A DNA stretch of 64,000 nucleotides from contig DATGKR010000009.1 of NCBI GenBank assembly GCA_035294565.1, positions 7,193 to 71,192 of the forward strand, written 5' to 3'. Shown here one piece after another: positions 28,351-37,454 of this stretch. Both the position numbers and the translations under genes were made by a program. Positions within the stretch are counted from its first letter, which is position 1, and every line of letters starts with the position of its first letter. The stretch is from Acidimicrobiales bacterium. GTDB lineage: Bacteria; Actinomycetota; Acidimicrobiia; Acidimicrobiales; Palsa-688. The notes beneath the pieces were generated by a model that did not search any database, was not told the DNA's origin, and was given only the letters and a program-made list of their open reading frames with translations.

Positions 28351-29583
28351 ATCGCCAACTTCGTAGACGAAGCCCAAATCCACGTCAAAGGCGGCGACGG
28401 TGGCGCCGGAGCGGTCTCGTTCAGGCGGGAGGCGCACGTCGCGCGCGGGGGCCCCGACGGCGGTGACGGCGGCCGCGGCGGGGACGTGTGGCTGATCGCC
28501 GACCGCAACGTCGCCTCCCTTTACGCCTTCAAGGACCACCCGCATCGGCGTGCCAGCAGCGGCTCGCACGGGATGGGCAAGGGCCGTCACGGCAGGGACG
28601 GCACCGACCTGGAGGTGCCCGTCCCCGAAGGGACCGTCGTGCGGTCCCTCGCCGGCGAGGTGCTCGCCGACCTGGGGTCCCACGGCGGCCGCTGGCTGGC
28701 GGCGCGCGGCGGTCAGGGAGGCAGAGGCAACGCGCGGTTCCTTTCGAACCGTAGGCGCGCCCCCGCCTTCGCCGAGCAGGCCGAGCTGGGCGAGGAGCGC
28801 TGGCTGGACCTGGAGCTGAAGCTGATGGCTGACGTCGCCATCGTGGGGTTCCCCAACGCCGGTAAGAGCACCCTCATCTCCAGGGTCTCCGCCGCCCGGC
28901 CCAAGATCGCCGACTACCCGTTCACGACCCTCGAACCGCACCTGGGGGTGGTCCGCTTCGAGGAGCACGAGTTCGTCATGGCCGACATCCCGGGCCTCAT
29001 CGAGGGGGCCAGCGAGGGGCGCGGGTTGGGCCACCGCTTCCTCCGGCACGTGGAGCGCGCCCGGGCCCTGCTCGTCTTGTTGGACCTGGCCCCCTCCGAC
29101 GGACGGTCCCCCCGCTCCCAAGAGCGGGTTCTACTCGAAGAGCTGCGCCGCTACCGCCCCGAGCTGGTAGAACGCCCGAGGCTGGTAGTCGGCTCGAAGG
29201 CCGACTCGGCGGCTTTCACCTGGGACGGTCCGGCGGTTTCGTCGCTGACCGGGGAGGGTCTGCGCCCGCTGCTCGGCTCGCTGGCCGTCCTGGTCGGCCA
29301 GGCTCGGAGCGCCGAGCCGGAGGGGGGCGGATACGTCGTGCACCGCCCGGAGCCGGCCGGGGTAGGCGTCGAACGCGACCCGGACGGGGCGTGGCGCGTC
29401 ACGGGGCGGGCCGCTCTGCGGGCCGTCGCATTGTCGGACCTCACCATTCCCGACGCCCTCGACTACGCCCGGGCCAGGCTAAGAGGCCTCGGCGTGGAGC
29501 GTGCGCTGGCGAGGGGCGGCGCCCGCCGGGGCGACGTGGTGCGCGTCGGGGACTTCGAGTTCGACTACGAGCCCGACCGGTGA
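28351..29583 (+). CDS. obg: GTPase Obg/CgtA; start inferred at non-canonical ATC 28351 (track ORF begins only at GTG 28486)
   Basis: Codons 28351-28485 read IANFVDEAQIHVKGGDGGAGAVSFRREAHVARGGPDGGDGGRGGDV. This is the conserved Obg-fold N-terminus and is continuous with the track ORF. G domain: GFPNAGKSTL, DIPGLIEGA. Confidence 0.85.
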   Translation: MANFVDEAQIHVKGGDGGAGAVSFRREAHVARGGPDGGDGGRGGDVWLIADRNVASLYAFKDHPHRRASSGSHGMGKGRHGRDGTDLEVPVPEGTVVRSLAGEVLADLGSHGGRWLAARGGQGGRGNARFLSNRRRAPAFAEQAELGEERWLDLELKLMADVAIVGFPNAGKSTLISRVSAARPKIADYPFTTLEPHLGVVRFEEHEFVMADIPGLIEGASEGRGLGHRFLRHVERARALLVLLDLAPSDGRSPRSQERVLLEELRRYRPELVERPRLVVGSKADSAAFTWDGPAVSSLTGEGLRPLLGSLAVLVGQARSAEPEGGGYVVHRPEPAGVGVERDPDGAWRVTGRAALRAVALSDLTIPDALDYARARLRGLGVERALARGGARRGDVVRVGDFEFDYEPDR

Positions 29584-29626
29584 GCCGGCCCCCGAGGAAC
29601 GCTGCTGGTCATCCGGGGGGCTTTCG

Positions 29627-30700
29627 GTGAGCCTCGTCGTCGCCAAGATCGGGACCTCGTCGCTCACCGATCCTGCTGGCAGGATCGTGCCGTCTGCGAT
29701 CAACAAGCTCTGCGGCGAGGTCGCCTCGCTCAGGAAGGACGGTCACCGGGTCGTGGTGGTGACGAGCGGGGCGATCGCCGCAGGGCTGCCCCTGCTCGGC
29801 ATGTCCGAGCAGCGACCGCCGGACCCGGCGGTCCTGCAAGCGGTGTCGGCTGTCGGCCAGGCTCACCTCGTCGACCACTACAACCGGGCGCTCGCCTCCC
29901 ACGGTCTGCTAGGCGGTCAGGTGCTGCTCGCCCCCCTGGACTTCGTGCACCGAAAGCAGTATCTCCACGCGCGGCAGACACTTCGGCTGCTGCTCGACCT
30001 GGGGGTCGTCCCGGTGGTCAACGAGAACGACGCCATCGCCGACGACGAGATCCGCTTCGGCGACAACGATCGCCTCGCCGCCCTGGTCTCCCACCTGCTC
30101 TCGGCAGACGTGCTGGTCCTCCTCACCGACCAGCCGGGCCTGCTCTCGGGAGACCCCCGCCTCGACGGGCAGGCTTCGCTCATCGAGGAGATCGTCGCCG
30201 TCGACGAGAAGCTCGAGGCGCTGGCCGGAGGGGCGGGCTCGGAGAGAGGCAGCGGAGGCATGGCATCCAAGCTCGCCGCGGCGAAGATCGCCGCCTGGTC
30301 CGGTGTTCGGGCTGTCATAGCCGCCGCCGGCCGTGATGAGGTCCTCGCCGATGCTGTGGCGGGGACGCCGGGGGTGGGAACCGTGTTCGTGCCCCGGCCA
30401 GAGCGGCTCCCTGCACGCAAGCTGTGGATCGCCTTCGCGGTGGGGGCGTCGGGGCGCATCGTCGTGGACGAGGGCGCCCGGGCCGCGCTGGAAGGTCGTG
30501 GCGTATCCCTCCTGGCGGCGGGGATAATCGGTGTGGAGGGGATGTTCGACGCCGACGACGCCGTGGAGCTTGCCGGCCCCGACGGGACCGTCTTCGCCAA
30601 GGGCCTGGCCCGCCAGCCGGCGACGGTCGTTCGGGAGCTGGCGGGCCGCCGCGGCGCCCCCGAGGTGGTCCATCGCGACGACCTGGTCATCCTCCCCTGA
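29627..30700 (+). CDS. proB: glutamate 5-kinase
   Basis: Frame of track ORF 29501..30700; GTG 29627. VSLVVAKIGTSSLTD, VVVVTSGAIAAG, NENDAIADDEIRFGDNDRLAA, and a PUA-like C-terminus. Confidence 0.92.
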   Translation: MSLVVAKIGTSSLTDPAGRIVPSAINKLCGEVASLRKDGHRVVVVTSGAIAAGLPLLGMSEQRPPDPAVLQAVSAVGQAHLVDHYNRALASHGLLGGQVLLAPLDFVHRKQYLHARQTLRLLLDLGVVPVVNENDAIADDEIRFGDNDRLAALVSHLLSADVLVLLTDQPGLLSGDPRLDGQASLIEEIVAVDEKLEALAGGAGSERGSGGMASKLAAAKIAAWSGVRAVIAAAGRDEVLADAVAGTPGVGTVFVPRPERLPARKLWIAFAVGASGRIVVDEGARAALEGRGVSLLAAGIIGVEGMFDADDAVELAGPDGTVFAKGLARQPATVVRELAGRRGAPEVVHRDDLVILP

Positions 30701-30716
30701 GGGGTAGGGTGCGATC

Positions 30717-31736
30717 ATGCAACTTGGCATGGTCGGGCTGGGCAGGATGGGCGCCAACCTGGTGCGTCGGCTGATGGGCGCCGGCCACGAATGCGTCGTC
30801 TACGACGTCGACGCCGACGCGGTACGCGCCCTTGCCGCGGAAGGCGCCTCGGGTGCGGGCTCGGTCGAGGAGTTCACGGCGCAGCTGTCCAAGCCGCGCG
30901 CCGCGTGGGTGATGGTGCCCGCCGCCTACACCGGCGAGACCATCGACAAGCTGGCTGCGGCGATGGAAGCCGGCGACGTGATCATCGACGGCGGGAACTC
31001 CTACTACCACGACGACATCCGCCGAGCAGCATCGCTCGCCGAGCGGGGAATCCACTTCGTCGACGTGGGCACCAGCGGCGGGGTGTGGGGGCTCGAGCGG
31101 GGCTACTGCCTCATGATCGGCGGGGATGCCGACGTGGTTTCGCGCCTCGACCCCATCTTCGATGCGATAGCCCCCGGGGTGGACGCCGCCCCGCGCACCC
31201 CCGGGCGGCAAGGCTCTCCGTCCACGGCCGAACGCGGCTACCTGCACTGCGGGCCGACGGGCGCGGGGCACTTCGTCAAGATGGTGCACAACGGCATCGA
31301 GTACGGCCTGATGGCCGCCTACGCCGAGGGGCTGAACATCTTGCACAAGGCCAACGTCGGAAACGACCCGTCCGTGTCTGCCGACGCCGAGACGACCCCC
31401 CTCGCCCACCCGGAGTTCTACCGCTACGAGATCGACACGGCCGAGGTGGCCGAGGTTTGGCGGCGGGGGAGCGTGATCGCCTCGTGGCTGCTCGATCTCA
31501 CAGCCCAGGCCCTGCACGACGACCCCCGCCTCGAAGGTTTCGCCGGGCGGGTGTCGGACTCAGGGGAGGGTCGGTGGACGCTGATGGCCGCCATCGACGA
31601 GGCCGTGCCCGCCCACGTGCTGTCGGCCGCCCTGTTCGAGCGGTTCTCCTCCCGCGGCGAAGCCGACTTCGCCGACCGGATCCTCTCGGCCATGCGCAAG
31701 GAGTTCGGGGGCCATCAGGAGAAGCCTGCCGGTTAG
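30717..31736 (+). CDS. gnd: decarboxylating 6-phosphogluconate dehydrogenase (short Gnd/YqeC-like form)
   Basis: 339 aa. [19 protein letters not shown] Rossmann N-terminus. [52 protein letters not shown]. Confidence 0.85.
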   Translation: MQLGMVGLGRMGANLVRRLMGAGHECVVYDVDADAVRALAAEGASGAGSVEEFTAQLSKPRAAWVMVPAAYTGETIDKLAAAMEAGDVIIDGGNSYYHDDIRRAASLAERGIHFVDVGTSGGVWGLERGYCLMIGGDADVVSRLDPIFDAIAPGVDAAPRTPGRQGSPSTAERGYLHCGPTGAGHFVKMVHNGIEYGLMAAYAEGLNILHKANVGNDPSVSADAETTPLAHPEFYRYEIDTAEVAEVWRRGSVIASWLLDLTAQALHDDPRLEGFAGRVSDSGEGRWTLMAAIDEAVPAHVLSAALFERFSSRGEADFADRILSAMRKEFGGHQEKPAG

Positions 31737-31746
31737 CCTTCCCGGC

Positions 31747-33000
31747 GTGAGCGTCACCGCGATGGTGGAACTGGGTGTGCGGGCCAGGAGGGCGGCGCGC
31801 GCCCTGGCGACGGCGCCCACCGCAGCCAAGGATGCCGCGCTGCTCGCCGCCGCCGACCTTCTGGAATCGCGCGCCGGGAGCATTCTCGAAGCCAACGGCG
31901 CCGACGTCGCCGCCGCGGAGAGCTGCGGATCGCCGCCGGCCACGGTCGACCGCCTACGGCTGACCGGGAGCCGCGTCGCGTCCATGGCAGAAGGGCTGCG
32001 CAAGGTCGCCGCCCTGGCCGACCCCGTCGGAGAGGTGGAGAGCGGATGGGTGCGTCCAAACGGGCTGGAGATCCGGCGGGTGCGGGTACCCCTCGGTGTG
32101 GTGGCCGTCGTCTACGAGAACCGGCCCAACGTGACCAGCGACGCAGCCGCTCTCTGCCTCAAGTCCGGCAACGCTGCGCTCCTCAGAGGGAGCGCCGGCG
32201 CGCTCGAGTCGAACAGGGCGATCGCAGGCGTCCTGCGCGAGGCCTGCTCGGAGGCGGGCGTCCCCGAAGATTCGGTGATCCTCGTCGAGGACACCAGCCA
32301 CGAGGCGGCCAAGCAGTTCATGCGGTTGGAGGGGTTCATCGACTGCCTGGTTCCTCGCGGCGGGCCGTCTTTGGTGGCAGCCGTCAAGGAGAACGCCACG
32401 GTCCCGTACGTGATCGACGGCGACGGCAACTGCCACGTGTACGTGGACGCCTCCGCCGACTTGGACATGGCCGCGGCGATCGTCGCCAACTCCAAGACCC
32501 AGCGTCCCAGCGTGTGCAACGCCGCCGAGTCGCTCCTCGTCGACCGGGCGGTAGCCGGCGAGTTCCTCCCCCGCGTCGCCGCCCTGCTCGACTCGGTGGA
32601 GCTCAGGGGCGATCACGAAACCGTGTCGCTGCTCGGCTCGGGGAGGGCGCGCCCAGCGGTCGAGGACGATTACGCCCGGGAGTTCCTCGACCTCGTCCTC
32701 GCCGTGAAGGTCGTCGCCGGCATCGACGAGGCCATCGAGCACATCGCCCGCTTCGGGTCCGGCCACACCGAGGCGATCGTCACGCGCGACCTTCGGGCAG
32801 CTCGCCGCTTCCAGCAGGAGGTCGACGCGGCGGTCGTCGTGGTCAACGCCTCGACCCGGTTCACCGACGGCGAGCAGTTCGGCTTCGGCGCCGAGATAGG
32901 AATCAGCACCCAGAAGCTGCATGCCCGGGGTCCGATGGGCCTGCGCGAGCTCACGACGCTGAAATACCTGGTTAGCGGCGACGGCCAGATCCGCTCGTGA
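31747..33000 (+). CDS. proA: glutamate-5-semialdehyde dehydrogenase
   Basis: 417 aa. [27 protein letters not shown]. Catalytic Cys in [44 protein letters not shown]. Confidence 0.93.
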   Translation: MSVTAMVELGVRARRAARALATAPTAAKDAALLAAADLLESRAGSILEANGADVAAAESCGSPPATVDRLRLTGSRVASMAEGLRKVAALADPVGEVESGWVRPNGLEIRRVRVPLGVVAVVYENRPNVTSDAAALCLKSGNAALLRGSAGALESNRAIAGVLREACSEAGVPEDSVILVEDTSHEAAKQFMRLEGFIDCLVPRGGPSLVAAVKENATVPYVIDGDGNCHVYVDASADLDMAAAIVANSKTQRPSVCNAAESLLVDRAVAGEFLPRVAALLDSVELRGDHETVSLLGSGRARPAVEDDYAREFLDLVLAVKVVAGIDEAIEHIARFGSGHTEAIVTRDLRAARRFQQEVDAAVVVVNASTRFTDGEQFGFGAEIGISTQKLHARGPMGLRELTTLKYLVSGDGQIRS

Positions 33001-33022
33001 GCGGACGGGCGGCCGGCCGGCC

Positions 33023-34486
33023 TTAGCCGAGCTGCTCCACGAAACGTTCGAGCTGCTTTAGGTTGCGGCACTCGTAGGCCCCGTCGCAGTGGGTGGCGTA
33101 CTGGCTGACGATCGAGTCGCCCGTGTCCCAGTACGAGCGGGGCTCGGGGTTCAACCAGTAGACGTGACGCGCCTTCTTGGACATCTCGGCGATCACCCAG
33201 GCCTGGGCGGCGTGGTAGTTGTTGCGGGCGTCGCCGAGCAGCAGCACCGTCGTCTTGGGGTTCACGTCGCGACCCCAACGATCCCAGAACACCTCTAGGG
33301 CGTGGCCGTAGTCGGAGTGACCGTCGACCCAGATGACGTCCGCTTCGGTGTTGATGCGGTGGATCGCCGAGGCTATGTCCTCGTTGCCCTTGAAGTAGTC
33401 GGTCACCTCGTCGATCCCGTCGATGAACACGAAAGAGCGTACCCGGCTGAATTGTGAGCTGATGGCGTAGACCATCTGCAGCGTGAAGCGGGCGAAGGCG
33501 GCCACCGACCCGGAGATGTCCGCCACGACCATGATCTCCGGCTTGGACGGTCGCGGGTAGCGGAACTTCGGGTCGGCTGGCACGCCACCGTAGGACAAGG
33601 AGTGGCGGACCGTGCTTCGGAAGTCGAGCGGGCCCTTCCTGCCGTGACGGCGCTTGCGGGCGAGGCGGACGGCGAGCTTGCGGGTCAACGGCGCGATCGC
33701 CTTGCGCAGGGCGACCAGCTCCTCACGGCTGGCGTGCATGAAGTCGATGTCCTCGGGCAGCGGCTTACGGATCGACTTGGCCACCGCCTCGGCACCCCTG
33801 TCGGCTACCAGCCGTCGGCGGATCTCCGCCTCTATCTCCCGTCTAAGGGCGTCGAGGCGGTGCTCGTACTCCTCCCGGGCGAGCCGCTCCTCCAGGTCGG
33901 TCGGGCCGCCGCTCGCCTGCTGACGCGTCTGCTCCATCATCCGCTTCAGAACCGCGTCGAGGTCGAGCTGTCGCAGCGTCCGGTACAGGTAGTAGGTGCC
34001 GCCGACCGGGCGACCCGGCTCCATCCCCGCGTAGCGGGTGACCGCAGCCCGGGCGATGGCCCGCATCATCGGGTCGTTGCCGTCCATCAGGGCCCGGAAG
34101 AGCATCTCGGCGAGCTGCTCGTTCGTAAGCCCTTCCGCCGAGCCGTGGCCGTCGCCTTGTCGGGCGCCCAGCAGCCCCGCGATGGCCTCCTCGACGGCCT
34201 GGTCGTCGTCGCCCCCCGCGATGTCGTACTGGCGCCCGCGCAGGGAGAAGTACACCTCGAAGACCGTTTCGAACGTCTTCCAGTGGGCGTTGTTCTTGAC
34301 CATCGTCGCAGCCAACGCGTACTTGAAAGCGTCGCGGTCCTCCAAAGGCACGTGGCGCAGGGCTTCCACCGCGTCGAGGTTCTCGGTCAGGCTGACGGGG
34401 ATCCCCGCCGTGCGCAACTCCTTGACGAAACCGCCGAGCGATTCGAGCAGGCCCGCCGAGCTGCCCAGCGGAAGCCCGTCGGTCAC
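33023..34486 (-). CDS. CoxE-type VWA domain protein (MoxR partner)
   Basis: Frame of track ORF 33023..35164. Real start taken at GTG 34486, overlapping the MoxR TGA (GTGA). VTDGLPLGSSAGLLESLGGFVKELRTAGIPVS..., MIDAS IMVVADISGSVAAF, VLLLGDARNN. Confidence 0.8.
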   Translation of the reverse strand: MTDGLPLGSSAGLLESLGGFVKELRTAGIPVSLTENLDAVEALRHVPLEDRDAFKYALAATMVKNNAHWKTFETVFEVYFSLRGRQYDIAGGDDDQAVEEAIAGLLGARQGDGHGSAEGLTNEQLAEMLFRALMDGNDPMMRAIARAAVTRYAGMEPGRPVGGTYYLYRTLRQLDLDAVLKRMMEQTRQQASGGPTDLEERLAREEYEHRLDALRREIEAEIRRRLVADRGAEAVAKSIRKPLPEDIDFMHASREELVALRKAIAPLTRKLAVRLARKRRHGRKGPLDFRSTVRHSLSYGGVPADPKFRYPRPSKPEIMVVADISGSVAAFARFTLQMVYAISSQFSRVRSFVFIDGIDEVTDYFKGNEDIASAIHRINTEADVIWVDGHSDYGHALEVFWDRWGRDVNPKTTVLLLGDARNNYHAAQAWVIAEMSKKARHVYWLNPEPRSYWDTGDSIVSQYATHCDGAYECRNLKQLERFVEQLG

Positions 34487-35448
34487 GTCGCCGACGCCGC
34501 CAGGTCCTTGGCGGCCTTGTCGATGTCCGACTGGTACTTGAGCAGGATGTGCAGCGTCTCCGTCGCCGTGGCCGCGTCGACCGACTGGATCCCGAGCAGG
34601 AGCAGGGTCCTCGCCCAGTCGAGCGTCTCCGACACCGACGGTGCCTTCTTGAGCTCCAGGCTCCGGACCGAGCGGACGATCCTCACCACCTGGTCCGCGA
34701 GGGCCTCCGAGATCCCCGGCACCCTCGTCAGGACGATCTCCTTCTCCCGATCGAGGTCCGGGTAGTCGATGTGCAGGAACAGGCAGCGGCGCTTCAAGGC
34801 CTCGGACAGCTCCCTGGTGTTGTTGGATGTCAGGAACACGAGAGGGATCTGCGTGGCGCTGACCGTTCCCAGCTCTGGTATCGACACCTGGTAGTCGGAG
34901 AGGATCTCCAACAGCAACGCCTCGGTCTCCACCTCCACCCGGTCCACTTCGTCGATGAGCAGCACTACCGGCTCCTCGGCGCGTATGGCTTCGAGGAGCG
35001 GGCGGGTGAGCAGGAACGGCTCGGAGAAGATGTCGTCTTCTATGTCCGACCACCCGTTGCCGGCCCCGTCGGACTCGGCCACCCGCTGGGCCTGGATCCG
35101 CAGCAGTTGCTTCTTGTAGTTCCACTCGTAGAGGGCCTTGGACTCGTCCAGCCCCTCGTAGCACTGCAGGCGGATCAGGCGCGCTCCGGTCATCTCGGCG
35201 ACCGACTTCGCCAGCTGCGTCTTCCCGGTGCCCGCAGGCCCTTCGACCAAAACCGGCTTGCCGAGCCGTTCGGCCAGGAACACCACGCCGGCGATGCCCT
35301 CGTCGGCCAGGTACTGGACCCTGCGCAGCCCTTCGCGGACGGACGCCGGGGATTCGAAACGGGTCGCGGGTGCATCACTCACTTTGGCAGCTGGTCCTTC
35401 GCTCGGGGAGAACCCGCACAGCCTACCGGAGGGCCCCGACGGAGCCAC
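34483..35448 (-). CDS. MoxR-like AAA+ ATPase (CoxD-like)
   Basis: 321 aa; alternative start GTG 35382. Walker A VLVEGPAGTGKTQLAK. Walker B VVLLIDEVDR. LIRLQCYEGLDESKALYEWNY is typical of this MoxR subgroup. Confidence 0.86.
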   Translation of the reverse strand: MAPSGPSGRLCGFSPSEGPAAKVSDAPATRFESPASVREGLRRVQYLADEGIAGVVFLAERLGKPVLVEGPAGTGKTQLAKSVAEMTGARLIRLQCYEGLDESKALYEWNYKKQLLRIQAQRVAESDGAGNGWSDIEDDIFSEPFLLTRPLLEAIRAEEPVVLLIDEVDRVEVETEALLLEILSDYQVSIPELGTVSATQIPLVFLTSNNTRELSEALKRRCLFLHIDYPDLDREKEIVLTRVPGISEALADQVVRIVRSVRSLELKKAPSVSETLDWARTLLLLGIQSVDAATATETLHILLKYQSDIDKAAKDLAASAT

Positions 35449-35503
35449 TGTGCGACGACGGCGTCCGCGTGTCGGGGGGCGGGCGCCGACGCGGCGGCGG
35501 GAC

Positions 35504-37267
35504 TCAGTGGCCCGGACCTGTTCCCTTCGAGGAAGAACCCGCCTTGGCTGGTCCGGGTGGAAGCGGAGCCAGTTCGGGGCCCTGGGCGGCGGTCTGCTGC
35601 GACGCGCCGATGAGACCAGCTTGCTGCAGCCTCTCCGGTATCACCCATTTGAGCATCTGGTCGTAGACCGTCATGATCGAGATGCCATAAGTGAGGCTCG
35701 ACGCCCAGGTCCCAGCCAGAGCGGTCCAGGTCGAGCAGCAGCCCCCGACGCCTACCGATCCCACCAGGCTGGTGTCGACCAGGTGGGGGGAGGCGTAAGC
35801 GTCCAGGAGCTCCATCTGCGCTCCTACTCCGTCGGAGGCGTTGGGGAAGCTCCAACCGTGGGAACAGCTGTCGCAGGCGCCGATGCCGGCGAAGTTGTTG
35901 TCCTGCCCTGTCAGCTGACCTCCAGCCGGGAAAGTGAAGTAGCCGGTCTCCACGACCGACTGGGCGAACGCCAGATCGTCGCGAACGCCGGTCTTGGCTC
36001 CCCACGCCTGGTAGTACTGGGCGAGCTGGGACATCGGCACCGTGATATTCGGTTGCCGGCCGGTGCTCGCGTACCAGCCCGCGAGCTCGGAGGCGTCGAG
36101 CACGGCCGGACCGAGGATCGTCGGCGACGTCGGGTTGGCGATGACAGTGGCGGGGTTCGCCTCGGCGACCGCCGTCAAGCTCCCCGAAGCCGCCTGGGTG
36201 TCGGCGGTGGTCGCCGGGGCGCCGGCTTTGGTCGTCGGCACCTTCATCGAGGCGCCAGCCTGGCTCGACGCTATCGGTGCGGACGTAGGTTGGGCTTGGC
36301 CCGCCTGGTCCTGGCCGCTGATCGATGCCAGGACCGGCAGGGTGGTGGCGGCCGCAGTGCCGGGCGTGAGCGCAGCGGCGGTCACCAGCTTGAGCGTCTG
36401 CTGGGCCGCCAGCAAACGGTTCTCGGCCGCGGCGGCGGCCACCTGGGCCTTCCTGTAGGCCGAGTTGGCAGCGGCGGCGGCCTTGGCCGCGTCGGTGGCG
36501 GCACGAGCAGCCTGGTCGGCCCGCTCACGGGCTCGTTCGCCCACGAGCAGCAGCATCTCCCGCGCGTCCACGGCCTGCAGGCCGGTGAGCCCCGCCGGGG
36601 TGCTCACCGTCCCGAAGCCCTGGTTGCCGTTCCCCGCCGCAGGCTCCCCGACGCCCGGCGTTTCGTAGCCGACTCCTATGTAGGCTGCGATGGCGAGCTG
36701 ACGGAGCTGCGCGTCCGCTGAGGCCTTGCGTTGTCCGGTTGACACCTCCTGGGCTTGCGCTTCGGACACGACCGTGCGAGCCGACTGCAGCGCCGAGCCG
36801 GCTTCGACGACGGCGGCCTGCGCCTCGCCTACCAGGTCCTGCGCCGGCTTGTAGTCGGCGATCGCCTGGAGCTGGTCGAGGTCCTCGTCCACCGCGGAGA
36901 GGATCGGCTTGGGGTCGGGTGGGGGCGGCGCCGGTGTGCCCGGGGGCGGGGTCGTCGTCGGCGGCCCCCCTACGGGGACCGTGGGCTTGCCCTTCGGAGC
37001 GGTCGTAGAAGGTGACCGGCTCTGCGACCCGCTCGTTGCCGGTGGGCTGCCGCTCGACGAAGACCCCGGGGTGGTGGTCGTCGTCGTGGTCGTCGGCTGG
37101 GAAGACACTGGCACGGGGGGGAGGGTCGGCGGGCTTCCGGTGCTGGCAGACGCCGCTTGACCTCCGGCTGCCACCAGGGCGGCGACGGCGGCGCCGGCTG
37201 CGAGGAGGCGGAGGGTGAGAGGGCGTGCAGGCATCGACATATTTCGTTTCGACGGCCGGCGCCGCAT
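35504..37267 (-). CDS. secreted coiled-coil protein with C-terminal glucosaminidase (GH73-like) peptidoglycan hydrolase domain
   Basis: Frame of track ORF 35504..37522; start chosen at ATG 37267 (MRRRPSKRNMSMPARPLTLRLLAAGAAVAALVAAGG, signal). P/T/S-rich linker, then ~250 aa of A/Q/E-rich predicted coiled coil. The C-terminal LAFAQSVVETGYF...GQDNNFAGIGA resembles the AQ..ExG...NN.FGI glucosaminidase signature. The domain call is recognition-based only. Confidence 0.6.
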   Translation of the reverse strand: MRRRPSKRNMSMPARPLTLRLLAAGAAVAALVAAGGQAASASTGSPPTLPPVPVSSQPTTTTTTTTPGSSSSGSPPATSGSQSRSPSTTAPKGKPTVPVGGPPTTTPPPGTPAPPPPDPKPILSAVDEDLDQLQAIADYKPAQDLVGEAQAAVVEAGSALQSARTVVSEAQAQEVSTGQRKASADAQLRQLAIAAYIGVGYETPGVGEPAAGNGNQGFGTVSTPAGLTGLQAVDAREMLLLVGERARERADQAARAATDAAKAAAAANSAYRKAQVAAAAAENRLLAAQQTLKLVTAAALTPGTAAATTLPVLASISGQDQAGQAQPTSAPIASSQAGASMKVPTTKAGAPATTADTQAASGSLTAVAEANPATVIANPTSPTILGPAVLDASELAGWYASTGRQPNITVPMSQLAQYYQAWGAKTGVRDDLAFAQSVVETGYFTFPAGGQLTGQDNNFAGIGACDSCSHGWSFPNASDGVGAQMELLDAYASPHLVDTSLVGSVGVGGCCSTWTALAGTWASSLTYGISIMTVYDQMLKWVIPERLQQAGLIGASQQTAAQGPELAPLPPGPAKAGSSSKGTGPGH

Positions 37268-37353
37268 GCCTGCCCCCTCAACCATAGACGCCAGACGGTA
37301 CCAAAAGGGATGGACGACGACGGCATCGCGTGGAGGGTGCTTCGAAACTGACG

Positions 37354-37378
37354 CCCGCCCGCTGGGAGCGCGGGCGGG
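37354..37378 (-). terminator. possible intrinsic terminator after the sir-cysH operon
   Basis: On the minus strand a 9-bp GC stem, CCCGCCCGC-GCTCCCA-GCGGGCGGG, is followed by CGUCAGUUUCGAA. The U-tract is weak. It lies between the stop of the 147-aa ORF (37455) and the start of the hydrolase gene. Confidence 0.35.
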
Positions 37379-37454
37379 GAGGGGTCGGCGACGTGGCCAT
37401 ACGCTTATGGATCGGCCCATCGGCCGCTCGAGTTGACCACCCGGGGTCACCCGG

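Noticed and set aside
34487-35164. Upstream 226 codons of the 713-aa track ORF that contains the VWA gene
   Set aside because: This part overlaps the MoxR ATPase gene in another frame and is G/R/P-rich. The VWA_CoxE homology starts at the GTG that overlaps the MoxR stop.
37268-37454. Leader of the GH73-like hydrolase gene examined for a c-di-AMP (ydaO-type) riboswitch, which often precedes actinobacterial wall hydrolases
   Set aside because: I could not recognise the conserved ydaO core elements by eye. The region is better explained by two GC hairpins that terminate the upstream operon. An Infernal/Rfam scan would be decisive.
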